Numbered from the stretch's first letter, positions 9,990-19,856 are shown. The stretch: 64,000 bases of DNA from Candidatus Binataceae bacterium (GCA_035531675.1 DATKSL010000041.1:32696-96695), one strand, 5' to 3'. Notes: generated by a model from the sequence alone, not told the origin. Made by a program: numbers and translations.

Positions 9990-10150
9990 TTCGTTGCGCA
10001 AAGATTTCACACTTATCGGGCGCGATCGCTCCCGCCGCGAGGCCGCTTCGCTGCGCGTTCGGCCCGTTGAGCGGTTAAGCAATAAAGGCTAAAATAGCAA
10101 GGAGAAGACATATTAAGGCTGATATAGCTAGCACAAGGAGCGCGCCCTCG

Positions 10151-10771
10151 ATGAGCGAGATCACCGTCACCATCCATAACTACCATGAGCGATTGCTGAG
10201 GGACTTGCGTGAGCAGAGCGCGATGTTCAACGCGGATCCCTCGGAAGAGAGCGGGAGCAAGCTGCTGGCTCTGCTGCATGACGATCTGATCCGCCACACC
10301 GCGGACGAGGAGCGCGACTTCTACCCGCTGATCGATCAGATAATCAAGGCGGAACCCGGTGGCGCGACCGCGAGCATGGTGATCGACCACGAGTTCATCG
10401 GCGAGTACGTGGACTGGATAGAGGCGGCGCTGCAGTCGCTGCGCAGCGCCACTGGCAGCCATCGCGAGCTTCTGCTAAGTCAGCTGCGACGCTACCTGGT
10501 GCAACTCGAGGCGGTCCTCAATCTGCACATGGAAAAAGAAGAACGCCTGTTTCTGCCGATGATCGAGCGGCATGTCTCGCTGGTGAATCAGCAGCGGATG
10601 CTGGCGGCGATGAACGGCACTGCGATGAACGGGTCGGACGGCGATCTGCCGGTTGACGGCAAGGCTGCCGCGGGCAAGAGCGCGCGCAAAAAAGCCCCCA
10701 GCGCAAGAGCGGTCCATAATGGCGAGGCCGCGCGTTCGGCGGGCGATAAGCATCACCAACCACGCCGATGA
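10151..10771 (+). CDS. Hemerythrin-like (HHE cation-binding) domain protein
   Basis: 206 aa with H/E-rich helical motifs (HNYHERLLRDL..., HTADEERDFYPLI..., HMEKEERLFLPMI) and a basic Lys/Ala-rich tail. An AAGGAG RBS precedes it. Confidence 0.55.
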   Translation: MSEITVTIHNYHERLLRDLREQSAMFNADPSEESGSKLLALLHDDLIRHTADEERDFYPLIDQIIKAEPGGATASMVIDHEFIGEYVDWIEAALQSLRSATGSHRELLLSQLRRYLVQLEAVLNLHMEKEERLFLPMIERHVSLVNQQRMLAAMNGTAMNGSDGDLPVDGKAAAGKSARKKAPSARAVHNGEAARSAGDKHHQPRR

Positions 10772-10813
10772 CCCGCGCGCACGCGGTCTCGGCCCCAGGG
10801 GCATCGTCTTTCC

Positions 10814-12136
10814 TTGATCGAATCTGACCCTGCCGAGACGCCGCCCGGCCATCGCGCCGCGCCGCACGCGCATACCGATCCCGATCTGCCGCGGCGCCGG
10901 CCATTTCGCACGCCGCTGAATTTCTTCGTTCTTGGAATCCTGTTCTTTGCCATGGGCCTGATGGCCGCGCCGTTCGTGATCGGCGAGGCGATCGAATTCT
11001 TCTACCAGCCGATGCTGCTGGCGCTGGTCCATAGCTTCACCCTGGGCTGGATCACGGCGACCATCATGGGCGTCATGTATCGCTACGTGCCGTCGTTGAC
11101 CCACACGCGCATCCGCTTTCCGCGGCTGGCGGCGCTGCAGTTCGCGCTCTACGTGATCGGCGTGCTCGGGATGGTCAGTCATTTCGCGAGCGGCGCATGG
11201 GTGGGGCTGTGGTGGTCGGCGATCGTGATGGTGCTGAGCGTGATCCTGTTCGCGGTTAACCTGGTGCCGTGCCTGGCGCCGCATTTCGGCACGGGAATCG
11301 CCGAGACCGGGATGCTGCTGGCGATTGGATTTCTGCTGGCGGCGGCGAGCTGGGGGCTGCTGCTCGGGCTCGACAAGAGCTTCGGCTTTCTCGGCGGCGA
11401 CCTGTTGAGCAATCTCGGCGGGCACGTGGCGCTGGCGGCCGTCGGATGGGTGAGCCTGGCGATTTGCGCGGTCTCCTACCGGATGATCCCGGCCTTTACG
11501 CTGCCCTCAGTAACCCTGCCGCGAGCCGCGTTGTGGCAACTGGCGGCGCTGGCCTTGGGCGCGGCGGTGTTGGCTGCGATTCTGATTGCGCGGGGCCGTG
11601 GCGCGATGCTCGGTGGTGCGCTGATCGCCGCGGCGCTGATCGGATACATCGCGATCATGATCCGGATGGTCGCCGCGCATCGCGTGCCGATCGATTGGAC
11701 CGCGCGTCACGCGCTGTGCGGCATCGGCTGGCTGCTGATCGCATGCGCGCTCGGACTGCTGCTCGATTGGGCGGGCTCCGACACCGTCATCGGCAATCGC
11801 GCGGCCGGCGCGTTCGCCGTCACCGGCCTGCTGGGATGGGCCGGAAACTTCATCATCGGGATGTCCTACGCCCTGTTTCCGGGGCTGGTCGCACGGGTCA
11901 GGTCCGAGGCCGGATGGGCGGCGATTCCTGCCGCGCGGCTCTCGATAGCGGGGCCGCGCCTTTGGATCTGGCTGGTCTTCAATCTTGGCGTCGCGATCAC
12001 TGCCGCGGGACTTGCCGCCGGCAACGCCTGGTTGGCGCGGATCGGCGCGACCGCCTGCGCGGCTGCCGCGGTTCCATATGCGGCGGCCGCGCTGGCGACG
12101 CTCGTGCGTGCCTATCGCGAAGGCGAGGGCGGGTAG
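10814..12136 (+). CDS. Polytopic integral membrane protein of unknown function (possibly NnrS-like)
   Basis: 440 aa with roughly 12 predicted TM helices and several conserved His. The track start is a TTG; the alternative ATG at about 10952 lies inside the first TM helix. It is immediately downstream of the hemerythrin-like gene. Confidence 0.45.
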   Translation: MIESDPAETPPGHRAAPHAHTDPDLPRRRPFRTPLNFFVLGILFFAMGLMAAPFVIGEAIEFFYQPMLLALVHSFTLGWITATIMGVMYRYVPSLTHTRIRFPRLAALQFALYVIGVLGMVSHFASGAWVGLWWSAIVMVLSVILFAVNLVPCLAPHFGTGIAETGMLLAIGFLLAAASWGLLLGLDKSFGFLGGDLLSNLGGHVALAAVGWVSLAICAVSYRMIPAFTLPSVTLPRAALWQLAALALGAAVLAAILIARGRGAMLGGALIAAALIGYIAIMIRMVAAHRVPIDWTARHALCGIGWLLIACALGLLLDWAGSDTVIGNRAAGAFAVTGLLGWAGNFIIGMSYALFPGLVARVRSEAGWAAIPAARLSIAGPRLWIWLVFNLGVAITAAGLAAGNAWLARIGATACAAAAVPYAAAALATLVRAYREGEGG

Positions 12137-12139
12137 CTT

Positions 12140-13042
12140 CTAGAGCGAGCCGCGGTCCATGCCCATCGCGGGTTCGACGAACTCGTGGCCCCAGATGTCC
12201 TTGGTGTAGTACTCGGTCTGATGGGTTGCGTTGCGCGAGCCGGAGCCGTACTCGAACAGCCATCCCGACGGATTGCGCATGTAGAACGACAGCATCCGGT
12301 CGTTGGAGTGCTTGCCGAGCGTAATCGCGATCGGAATCTTGCGCCGCTTGACCAGATCGTAGGTCATGCCGACGTCGTCGATCTCGGTAACTTCGATCAT
12401 CAGGTGATTGATGCGCTTCTCCATCGGACCGAGCCCGAAAGCGATCGAATGGTCGCGCTCGTTGCAATGCATGAAGTACGGCATCACCTTGTGGCCGTCG
12501 CCGACCGTGAGCTTGTACTCGACGGTCCCGCGCATGCCGAGCACCCGGCTGTAGAATTGCTGCGAGGCGTCGACGTTGTCGGCGCGGATGATGGTATGGC
12601 CGATGCCGCCTGCGCCGGTGGCGAATTTGCCGAACATCCGGCGCCCCGGATAGAACGGCATCGAAGCTTCGATATGCGGGCCGTGGAAAATCTCGAGCGG
12701 ATTGCCCGACGGATCTTCGAGCTTGATCAGGCCGAGCACGTGGCGCTCGGTGCACTCGTCCTCGGAGCCGACCTTGAACGGTACTTCCATATGCTTGAGA
12801 TGGTCTTCCATCTCTTTCAGTTCATCGGGACCAGCCACGCGCAGGCCGAGATAGGCCAGATCGTCCTTGCCGTTGATATGCAAGGCGATGCGATGGTGCC
12901 ATTCGTCCATCCGCAGATAGGCGCGGTCGCCTTCGCCCTCATCGAGCCACTCCATGCCGACCACCTGGGTGGCGTATTCCTTCCAGGCCTTGGGGTCGCT
13001 GATGTAAACGCCGAGATAGCCGAACTCCGTGATCTGGGCCAT
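12140..13042 (-). CDS. Type I extradiol ring-cleavage dioxygenase (2,3-dihydroxybiphenyl 1,2-dioxygenase / HsaC / NahC-like, VOC superfamily)
   Basis: MAQITEFGYLGVYISDPKAWKEYA... two-domain catechol 2,3-dioxygenase family protein with a GGAGGGA RBS. The track ORF extends to 13120, but the internal ATG at 13042 fits the family N-terminus. Confidence 0.8.
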   Translation of the reverse strand: MAQITEFGYLGVYISDPKAWKEYATQVVGMEWLDEGEGDRAYLRMDEWHHRIALHINGKDDLAYLGLRVAGPDELKEMEDHLKHMEVPFKVGSEDECTERHVLGLIKLEDPSGNPLEIFHGPHIEASMPFYPGRRMFGKFATGAGGIGHTIIRADNVDASQQFYSRVLGMRGTVEYKLTVGDGHKVMPYFMHCNERDHSIAFGLGPMEKRINHLMIEVTEIDDVGMTYDLVKRRKIPIAITLGKHSNDRMLSFYMRNPSGWLFEYGSGSRNATHQTEYYTKDIWGHEFVEPAMGMDRGSL

Positions 13043-13124
13043 ATACCGTCCCTCCGCTAGTCTCATTATCTCCCATGAAAGCGGCTGTCTATCAAGCCGG
13101 CTCGCACAAACCGGGCTCAAGCGA

Positions 13125-14177
13125 TCATAAATCAGGACCGACCATCAGTTCATGCATCGCCGGATCGGACATAAACCGCTCCGACAACGGGCACAGCAGC
13201 TCGACATACAGCCCGGCCAGTTTCTCGCGCGTGTCGGCGTAGCAATAGTAGACGTCGGAGCCCTGGCCGTCCTGGATTATCGGCATCCCTTCGGCTTCGA
13301 GGCGCTTGGTTATCAGGCCCAGTTCTTCGGGACCGCACAGGGTCGTCATGATGTGATTCAGTCCCTCGCCCTGCTTATCCAGCATGTCCTGGTAAATCGT
13401 GGGACCGTAAATCTGCTCGACGATTTCGATGCCGAAGTCGTTCTTGCGTCCGAGTGAGAGCCGGAAACGGGTGTCGGCGCTCTTGCCGAAGTAATGCGTA
13501 TCCTGGCTGCTGACGCCGGTCTGATTGTCAAAATCGAACCACTGCTCGAAGCCCAGCAGACGCTGGTAGTTATCGCGCATCGAGAGGCGTTTGTTCCTGG
13601 TCAGCACGCACGCATGATAGATTTTTTCGCTCGGACATCCCGCCGCACCCGCCACCTTGCTGTCGATAGTAATAACCTCGTCGGGCTTGAGCCGCGGATC
13701 CGATTGCCAATCCGGCCGCAGCGGACACAGAACTTCATAGGTGGTGCCGAGATACGAGGTCGAGTCCAGATAGTAATACTCCAGCGTATCGGTCACGGTG
13801 GCGCTCTGACTGACGGTGATACCCTCGCTTTCGAGCCACGGCCGGAGCTGCCTGAATTCCGCCGGCGAGCAGATGGTGGGAAACAGATGATGCATGCCTT
13901 CGCCGTGCGTTTCGAGGAATTCGCCGTAGACGCTGTCGCCTGAAACCGGCTGGCAGAGCTCGAAGGCGATTTTGCCCCGGGCGCCGAGCACCGAAATAAA
14001 CGAATGCTTGACCGGCTTGCCGTGCAGGGTCGCATCGGGCATCCGCGACGAATCCTGGCGGCGAACCTCCCAGCGCTCGATGCCGAAGAAGCGCGAGAAC
14101 TGTTCGATGTATCGCCGATAGTCGCTGACGACCACGCCGATATGATGATGGCGCTCGACGGGCAGCAGATTTCCCAT
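13125..14177 (-). CDS. Two-domain VOC (glyoxalase/extradiol dioxygenase-like) family protein
   Basis: 350 aa with an internally duplicated architecture (HHIGVVV... / ...NHIMTTLCGP...). A GAGGAG RBS precedes it. It sits between the Rieske beta subunit and the extradiol dioxygenase. Confidence 0.5.
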   Translation of the reverse strand: MGNLLPVERHHHIGVVVSDYRRYIEQFSRFFGIERWEVRRQDSSRMPDATLHGKPVKHSFISVLGARGKIAFELCQPVSGDSVYGEFLETHGEGMHHLFPTICSPAEFRQLRPWLESEGITVSQSATVTDTLEYYYLDSTSYLGTTYEVLCPLRPDWQSDPRLKPDEVITIDSKVAGAAGCPSEKIYHACVLTRNKRLSMRDNYQRLLGFEQWFDFDNQTGVSSQDTHYFGKSADTRFRLSLGRKNDFGIEIVEQIYGPTIYQDMLDKQGEGLNHIMTTLCGPEELGLITKRLEAEGMPIIQDGQGSDVYYCYADTREKLAGLYVELLCPLSERFMSDPAMHELMVGPDL

Positions 14178-14238
14178 GGTGATTCTCCTCGTGGTCAGAA
14201 CGGCACGGCGCCGCGAGCATTGCGCGGCGTCGCGGCCG

Positions 14239-14745
14239 CTAAAAGAATACCGAGATCGATTCGATAACGTTGTGATCCAGGATTATCAGCCGCTCCAGCA
14301 ATCGCCAGCCGCCGGCGGTCTTGCGCCAGGTGTCCTCGCGCGTGCCGAAGAAAGTTCGTTCGTCGCGATCGCCGGCGCTGCGGAACACGATGAAATTCGA
14401 CGCCACCCGCGCGGTGTCGTCCTTCGCGTCCATCGCCAGCACCCTGACATTGGCGACGATATGGCGGGTGCGGGAGGACGGCTCTTCGGCGTGAGCCCAG
14501 CCGGTCCGTATCCGTCTGACGCGGGCGGCGAGGTCGGCTTTGCGATCATCGAAATGGGCCACCAGCTCGGGCCGGGCGAGATTTTCGACGCCGCGCGGCA
14601 GCGTCGCCCGGACCGGCGCGAAGTAGCGCAGCGCGTCGTCGAGCATCTCGAGCCATTCCTCGAAGCGATCGGAATCCAGCAGCGCCGCTTCGCGGAACAA
14701 CAACTCCTCGAAGAGGCGGCGATGCTCGTCCAACGAGGCCGTCAT
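14239..14745 (-). CDS. Aromatic ring-hydroxylating dioxygenase beta (small) subunit
   Basis: MTASLDEHRRLFEELLFREAALLDSDRFEEWLEM... NTF2/SnoaL-like beta subunit. The ATG overlaps the alpha-subunit stop (ATGA coupling). The track ORF extends 5' to 14937. Confidence 0.75.
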   Translation of the reverse strand: MTASLDEHRRLFEELLFREAALLDSDRFEEWLEMLDDALRYFAPVRATLPRGVENLARPELVAHFDDRKADLAARVRRIRTGWAHAEEPSSRTRHIVANVRVLAMDAKDDTARVASNFIVFRSAGDRDERTFFGTREDTWRKTAGGWRLLERLIILDHNVIESISVFF

Positions 14746-16037
14746 CGTGGCACCTCGCCGCGCTCCATCAGCTCGCGCCAGCGTTCGTAAAAGCCGAACA
14801 CGCCGATCTCGGTGTTCGGCGGATGGGTAAGGCCGGGACGATCGGGACGGGTCTGCCCGCGGCCCGCGCCCATCCCGTAGTAAAGCGGGAAGCGACGGCG
14901 ATAAAAACCGCGCATCGATTGGCTCGCGTCCATCCACATCTCGCCGTCATCCTGCTCGAAGATGCCGCTCGGAGAAAAGGTGCGGTTCTGCTGATCGCGC
15001 GCAAAGTCGCGGACCGTCTGCGGCGCTTCCTTGTCGACCATCGTCAGCGACCAGATCTCATGTTCCAGCGGACTGCGCGGATGATTCACGCGCACGCTGG
15101 CGAAGCCCAGCGTTACGATGATCGACAGGTTAGGAAAGATGTTGGCCACGTAGGTGATGCCGTCGTTGACCAGGTTCGCCTGCTCCGGAGTGAGCCGCCG
15201 CTTTGCAGCCGCGCGGACCGCCGCCTCATAGGACACCGCTTCGGCCGGATAATTCCTGGTGTAGCCGAGCGTCAGAATCATGAAACCGTGACCGTTGCCG
15301 CATTTGATCTCGAGGTCGCGGCGGTCCGGCGCGGTGCCGCGAAATTCGCTCACGTCGAGGTAACCGCTCTCGAGCACGCTGCGATGCAGAAAGTCGGGAT
15401 GATAATTATCCCCGCATTGCTGCTCGGAGTTGACCTTCCAGTTGCCGCGAACCGTCCATCGATGGACCCCGGGCAGCGCCACCGGACCGCCTTCGGTGCG
15501 ATCGAAGATCACGTCCAGGTACCATTTCGCATTGCCGAGGTACGAGGTCAGGCTCTCGGCTTGCGGATCGAAGTTGGCAAAGATCAAGTTGCGATAAGTT
15601 TCGACCCTCGGCACCTCCAGCAATCCCCATTCGCTGCGGTCGAAGTTCTCGTCGTAGGCTTCCTTGAATCGCGGCACCCCCACCAGCTTGCCAGCGATAT
15701 CATAGGTCCAGCCGTGATATGGGCAGGTGAAGCTGCGGGTGTTGCCGTAGTCGATGCGGCATACGCGGGAGGCGCGATGGCGGCAGGAGTTGACCAGCAC
15801 GTGAATCTCGCCTTGCGTGTCGCGGGTGACGATTACGCGCTCCTCGCCCATCGAATTCGTAATGAAGTCGCCGGGCTCCGGAATCTGCGATTCGCATCCC
15901 ACGAACAGCCAACAGTGGCCGAAGACGCGCTCCTGTTCGAGCTCGTAGAGCGACGGCTCGACAAAGACCCGCGGGCTTACGGTCTTGCGATCCAGGTCAA
16001 CCAGCTCGCTGCAATCGAATGAAGTAGCGCTCTTCAT
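14742..16037 (-). CDS. Rieske [2Fe-2S] aromatic ring-hydroxylating dioxygenase alpha (large) subunit
   Basis: 431 aa. The Rieske motif reads CRHRASRVC...CPYHGW, followed by a catalytic non-heme iron domain. A GGGAG RBS precedes it. Confidence 0.85.
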   Translation of the reverse strand: MKSATSFDCSELVDLDRKTVSPRVFVEPSLYELEQERVFGHCWLFVGCESQIPEPGDFITNSMGEERVIVTRDTQGEIHVLVNSCRHRASRVCRIDYGNTRSFTCPYHGWTYDIAGKLVGVPRFKEAYDENFDRSEWGLLEVPRVETYRNLIFANFDPQAESLTSYLGNAKWYLDVIFDRTEGGPVALPGVHRWTVRGNWKVNSEQQCGDNYHPDFLHRSVLESGYLDVSEFRGTAPDRRDLEIKCGNGHGFMILTLGYTRNYPAEAVSYEAAVRAAAKRRLTPEQANLVNDGITYVANIFPNLSIIVTLGFASVRVNHPRSPLEHEIWSLTMVDKEAPQTVRDFARDQQNRTFSPSGIFEQDDGEMWMDASQSMRGFYRRRFPLYYGMGAGRGQTRPDRPGLTHPPNTEIGVFGFYERWRELMERGEVPR

Positions 16038-16229
16038 ACCCTTGAGTCACTCCCAAAAACGACGCTCGGGAATCGGACGGAATCGACTACCTGCCGCGTC
16101 TGTAAGCCAAGTGGCCGCTCATTACAAGGGCGACGACGGGTGTGCAGTTGCCGGGCGCGGCGGCGTGGCGTGATCGCATAGTCAGCAACGGCGAAATTGG
16201 GTTAAGATATTCGGCGCGGAGGAGTGAGA

Positions 16230-17423
16230 ATGACGGCTTCGGCAGTGACACCATCGAGCGATCGGCGGCCATCGGTGACGACGGCCGAAATAGTCAGGCG
16301 CGCCACCGGACTGATCCCGGTGCTGCGCGAGCGCGCTGCGGCTTGCGAAGCCTTGCGGCGCGTCCCGGACCCGACCCGTGACGATTTCGTCGCCGCTGGT
16401 ATCACCCGCATCGCACAGCCGGTCGGGCGCGGCGGCCTCGGTCTCGACATGGACTCGGTTTACGAGGTCGCGATGGAGCTGGGTCGCGGATGCGGTTCCA
16501 GCGCCTGGATGGGCAGCTTCTGGCCGCTCCACAACTGGATGGTCGGGATGTGGCCCAAAGCCGCCCAGGACGACTACTGGGCGACCTCGCCCGATACGCT
16601 GTCCTCGACCGCGTGGGACCTGGTGAGCTGCAAGATCGAGCCGGCCCGCGACGGCATCCGGCTTTCCGGCCATTGGGATTTCTCCAGCGGCATCGATCAC
16701 GCCGACTGGGCGATGCTATTTGTTCCGGGGCCGCCGGTCGGCCTGGCGCTGGTGCCGCGCGCGGACCTGCGGATCGTCGATACCTGGCACGCGACCGGGC
16801 TGTGCGGCAGCGGCAGCAATGACGTGTTCGTCGACGACGCGCTGGTCCCCGAGCATCGAATCCTGAACATGGAGGCGGCCGGGAGCGGGCATAGCGACGG
16901 GCGTGAGTTGCATGGCACCCCGTTCTACAAGCTGCCGCTCTATACCTGGCTTACCTATTCGCTCGCCGCACCGGTTATCGGGATGGCGCAGGGGGCGGTC
17001 GATTCGTTCGAGGAGTTGATGCGCGGGCGGGTCGAAGGTATCGGCGGCGGGCGCGCGGCCGAGCGGCCGGCGAACCATCTGCGGCTCGCCGAGTCATCGG
17101 CCGAGGTCGACGCAGCGCGCGTGCTGATGCGTCGCAACCTGCGTCAGCTAATCGAGTGGGGGCAGGCGGGGGTGGAAATGTCGGTTGACGAGCGGCTGCG
17201 AATCCGGCGCGATATCACCTTCGGCGGCATGATCTGCAATCGTGCGGCGCGCCGCCTGTTCGACGCGGCCGGCGCCCATGCGATCAAGCGCAGCGCCCCG
17301 CTGCAGCGTTTCACGCGCGACGCCGACGCTGCCGTGCACTCGGGCGTGCTGACCTGGGATCCAACCGGCGAACAGTACGGACGCGTGCGCCTCGGCCTCG
17401 CGCCGACCAGCTTCTTCTATTAG
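16230..17423 (+). CDS. Acyl-CoA dehydrogenase-fold flavin-dependent monooxygenase oxygenase component (HsaA/HpaH/DszC-like)
   Basis: An acyl-CoA DH type 2 fold without the CoA-ester features. The ATG at 16230 follows GGAGGAG (the track starts at a GTG at 16224). It is divergent from the Rieske operon. Confidence 0.7.
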   Translation: MTASAVTPSSDRRPSVTTAEIVRRATGLIPVLRERAAACEALRRVPDPTRDDFVAAGITRIAQPVGRGGLGLDMDSVYEVAMELGRGCGSSAWMGSFWPLHNWMVGMWPKAAQDDYWATSPDTLSSTAWDLVSCKIEPARDGIRLSGHWDFSSGIDHADWAMLFVPGPPVGLALVPRADLRIVDTWHATGLCGSGSNDVFVDDALVPEHRILNMEAAGSGHSDGRELHGTPFYKLPLYTWLTYSLAAPVIGMAQGAVDSFEELMRGRVEGIGGGRAAERPANHLRLAESSAEVDAARVLMRRNLRQLIEWGQAGVEMSVDERLRIRRDITFGGMICNRAARRLFDAAGAHAIKRSAPLQRFTRDADAAVHSGVLTWDPTGEQYGRVRLGLAPTSFFY

Positions 17424-17470
17424 CCGGCCCGCGCGAGGCCCGGTCGTCGGGCGCGCGGCAGCGCGCCGGA

Positions 17471-18076
17471 CTACGACTGGCGGGAAGATTCGCTGATATA
17501 TTCCTCGAGAAACTCGATCCGATCGTTGCCCCAGAAGATTTGATCGTCGACCAGGAAGACCGGCACGCCGAACACGCCGCGCGCCTTCGCCGCCTCGGTC
17601 TCCTGTTCGTATTGCCCGACGATCGCCGGCTCATCGATGCCGCGCAGCAGCTTCTCGGGCGACAGGCCCGCGGCCCGCGCGATCTCATTGAGGGTCTCGT
17701 CGGTGTCGGGGTTCTTGCCATGTCCCCACACCGCATCGTAGGCCGCGTGCAGGTACTCCATCTCGCGTTCCTGCGAGCGCGCCCATAGAAAGCCCCGATT
17801 CGCGCGCGCCGTCTTGAGATCGGCCGGCATCGTGAGCGGCACCTCGTAGCGCCGCGCCCATCGATGAAGGTCGGCGATCAGCGCCTTGAACTTGTTCGGG
17901 ATCTGGCGGTTGAAGGGACCGTTATTGCCGGCGGCGAATCTGACCGCGAGCAGATCCACCGGATGGTAGACAAACGAGGCCTGGCCCTTGAAGCGTTTTG
18001 CCACCTCGGGGAGATGGACCGACGCCAGGTAGGCGTAGGGGCTCATCAGATCGAAATAGAAATCGACGGTCTTCAT
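17471..18076 (-). CDS. 2-hydroxychromene-2-carboxylate isomerase family protein (NahD-like; DsbA-like/GST-kappa fold), paralog 1
   Basis: 201 aa. MKTVDFYFDLMSPYAYLAS... and ...GVFGVPVFLVDDQIFWGNDRIEFLEEY are both hallmark HCCA isomerase motifs. Confidence 0.75.
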   Translation of the reverse strand: MKTVDFYFDLMSPYAYLASVHLPEVAKRFKGQASFVYHPVDLLAVRFAAGNNGPFNRQIPNKFKALIADLHRWARRYEVPLTMPADLKTARANRGFLWARSQEREMEYLHAAYDAVWGHGKNPDTDETLNEIARAAGLSPEKLLRGIDEPAIVGQYEQETEAAKARGVFGVPVFLVDDQIFWGNDRIEFLEEYISESSRQS

Positions 18077-18107
18077 AGCTGCCTCACCCGACCGCTGCGG
18101 CGATTCG

Positions 18108-18395
18108 CTAGATGCCCTCGACGGCGACCAGGTTGGCGACCGCGGCGGACTGGCGCTTGGCGATAAGCGGCTTGTACTCGGGCGAGTTGTACCAGCCCTT
18201 GAGCGCGTCCATCGAGGGGAATTCGAGCACTACCACGCTCTTGGGCGTCCATTTGCCTTCCAGCACCTGGAACGCGCCGTTGCGCACGATCGCCTTGCCG
18301 CCGTGTGCGGCGATGGTCGGGCCGACGCCGCGCCGATACTCCTCGAAGCCATTCTGATCCTTCACGTCCAGGTCGACTATCAAGTACGCAGCCAT
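18108..18395 (-). CDS. DUF1330 domain protein
   Basis: 95 aa: MAAYLIVDLDVKDQNGFEEYRRGV...EFPSMDALKGWYNSPEYKPL... fits the DUF1330 family. Confidence 0.6.
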   Translation of the reverse strand: MAAYLIVDLDVKDQNGFEEYRRGVGPTIAAHGGKAIVRNGAFQVLEGKWTPKSVVVLEFPSMDALKGWYNSPEYKPLIAKRQSAAVANLVAVEGI

Positions 18396-18514
18396 CTTTC
18401 GTCTCCTTAGAATTTACAGGTTAAAGGGCCGTGGCCCCATGATAACAGATGAGGCAGTTATGGGACGAATCGACCGGAAAGTAAACCCCGCAGGCGTATG
18501 CTGCGGCGCGTATG

Positions 18515-18549
18515 AAAAAGGCCCCGGTCTCTTCGCGAAGACCGGGGCC
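18515..18549 (-). terminator. Rho-independent terminator downstream of the 18601-19773 gene
   Basis: On the minus strand the structure is GGCCCCGGTCT-TCGCGAAG-AGACCGGGGCC followed by TTTTT. It is an 11-bp GC-rich stem plus a U-run. Confidence 0.7.
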
Positions 18550-18600
18550 GGTCAGTCAATCACTCAAACAATCACTCAAGGAAAAATAAGAACCGGGGGC

Positions 18601-19773
18601 TTACGGGGGTGATGCGCAAGTCTGGAAGGCAGCATTGAAACAGGCGTCGCCCAGCGACCAGACGAAATCGCGATGGATCCACGCATGGCTCGGCAACGGC
18701 GCCGGCTTTCCGATCGGCGAACTGGTCAGCAGCGAAATGCCGTCAGTCCCGTCCTGATTGATCGAGGACACCTGATGGCAGGTGATACAGGACGATTGAG
18801 TCAGCGGCACGCCAGCGTTCTCGCCCTCGATAACCGAGTTCCCCAACAGCGTAGGTTTCCCTTGCGCATCGACGAAATGGAGCTGGACCCCATCGAGGCG
18901 ATAATTGCGCCACTCCGGCGCAAGATTGGCCCGCGTCATCAGGTTCGACAACTGCGTGGTCAATTGCGTGTCCGCACCCTGGGTTCGGGGAGGACTGGAT
19001 CCCCACGGATCGAAGCAGCCGAGCACCACGCAACGATTGGGATTGGTCGTGAGATTCTGCGCTTCGAAGGTCGCCCACACCCAATTGTCGCGTAATTTGG
19101 ATATCAGGTGCATGCCGGCCAGCGCGAAGCAGTAGCTGCCGATTTGTTCGATATGGACTCCGGCAGGCGGGTTGTCGCAACTGGGCAATTTAATCCAGTC
19201 GGCCTTGATTTCGACCGCGGCCTTGGGAAATTTAATCTGCGGAACCCCGCTGGCGACCTGCTGGCGCGCCACCTGCTGCTGATTCGCCCGATTCCACAGC
19301 CCGGTGGCCGACACATAATCCTCGAACGCGCCGTTTTCTCTCACCTCTTCGCAGATAGTCTGACCGTTCGAGGCTATGGTGCATCCCGTGTCGGGGTCGG
19401 TAGGAAGTCCATTGACGATCCCCAATGGACTGGGGCCCAGCAAATGAGCGCTGGTGGTTTGTCCGGCATTAGGCACGATCAGTCCCTGGACCGGGTTGGC
19501 CGGATACATCTGGGGCTGCTGAAGCCAATTTTCCCAGACCACGTACGGATAGTGATTCTGGTTCACCGGGCAGGTCGCTGCGACCCACAATCGCCAGGCG
19601 GTCTTGGCCGGGGTCCCGTCCATCTTGGTTGGTGGGACGCAGGCGCTGCCGAGCGCGGTGGAACCCGCGGCGAGTGCCGGCCGCGCGGCGAAGATCGATG
19701 GACCTCCGGCGATAAGAAAAAGGACCGCGGTCGCGATTAGAAGTCGAGCGCCACCGGTCGGCCGATGTTTCAT
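18601..19773 (-). CDS. Secreted hypothetical protein with a single CXXCH motif
   Basis: 390 aa with a signal peptide (LLIATAVLFLIAGGPSIFAARPALAAGS). It is Cys-rich and carries one heme-c-like CITCH near the C-terminus. No confident family assignment. Confidence 0.5.
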   Translation of the reverse strand: MKHRPTGGARLLIATAVLFLIAGGPSIFAARPALAAGSTALGSACVPPTKMDGTPAKTAWRLWVAATCPVNQNHYPYVVWENWLQQPQMYPANPVQGLIVPNAGQTTSAHLLGPSPLGIVNGLPTDPDTGCTIASNGQTICEEVRENGAFEDYVSATGLWNRANQQQVARQQVASGVPQIKFPKAAVEIKADWIKLPSCDNPPAGVHIEQIGSYCFALAGMHLISKLRDNWVWATFEAQNLTTNPNRCVVLGCFDPWGSSPPRTQGADTQLTTQLSNLMTRANLAPEWRNYRLDGVQLHFVDAQGKPTLLGNSVIEGENAGVPLTQSSCITCHQVSSINQDGTDGISLLTSSPIGKPAPLPSHAWIHRDFVWSLGDACFNAAFQTCASPP

Positions 19774-19856
19774 AATCCCCCCCGGGCATGTGAGTTTGAA
19801 AAAAAAGAGCTTAGCGCAATTAGGCTGATATCACTAGCCTCTGGCTGAATAAAGTG

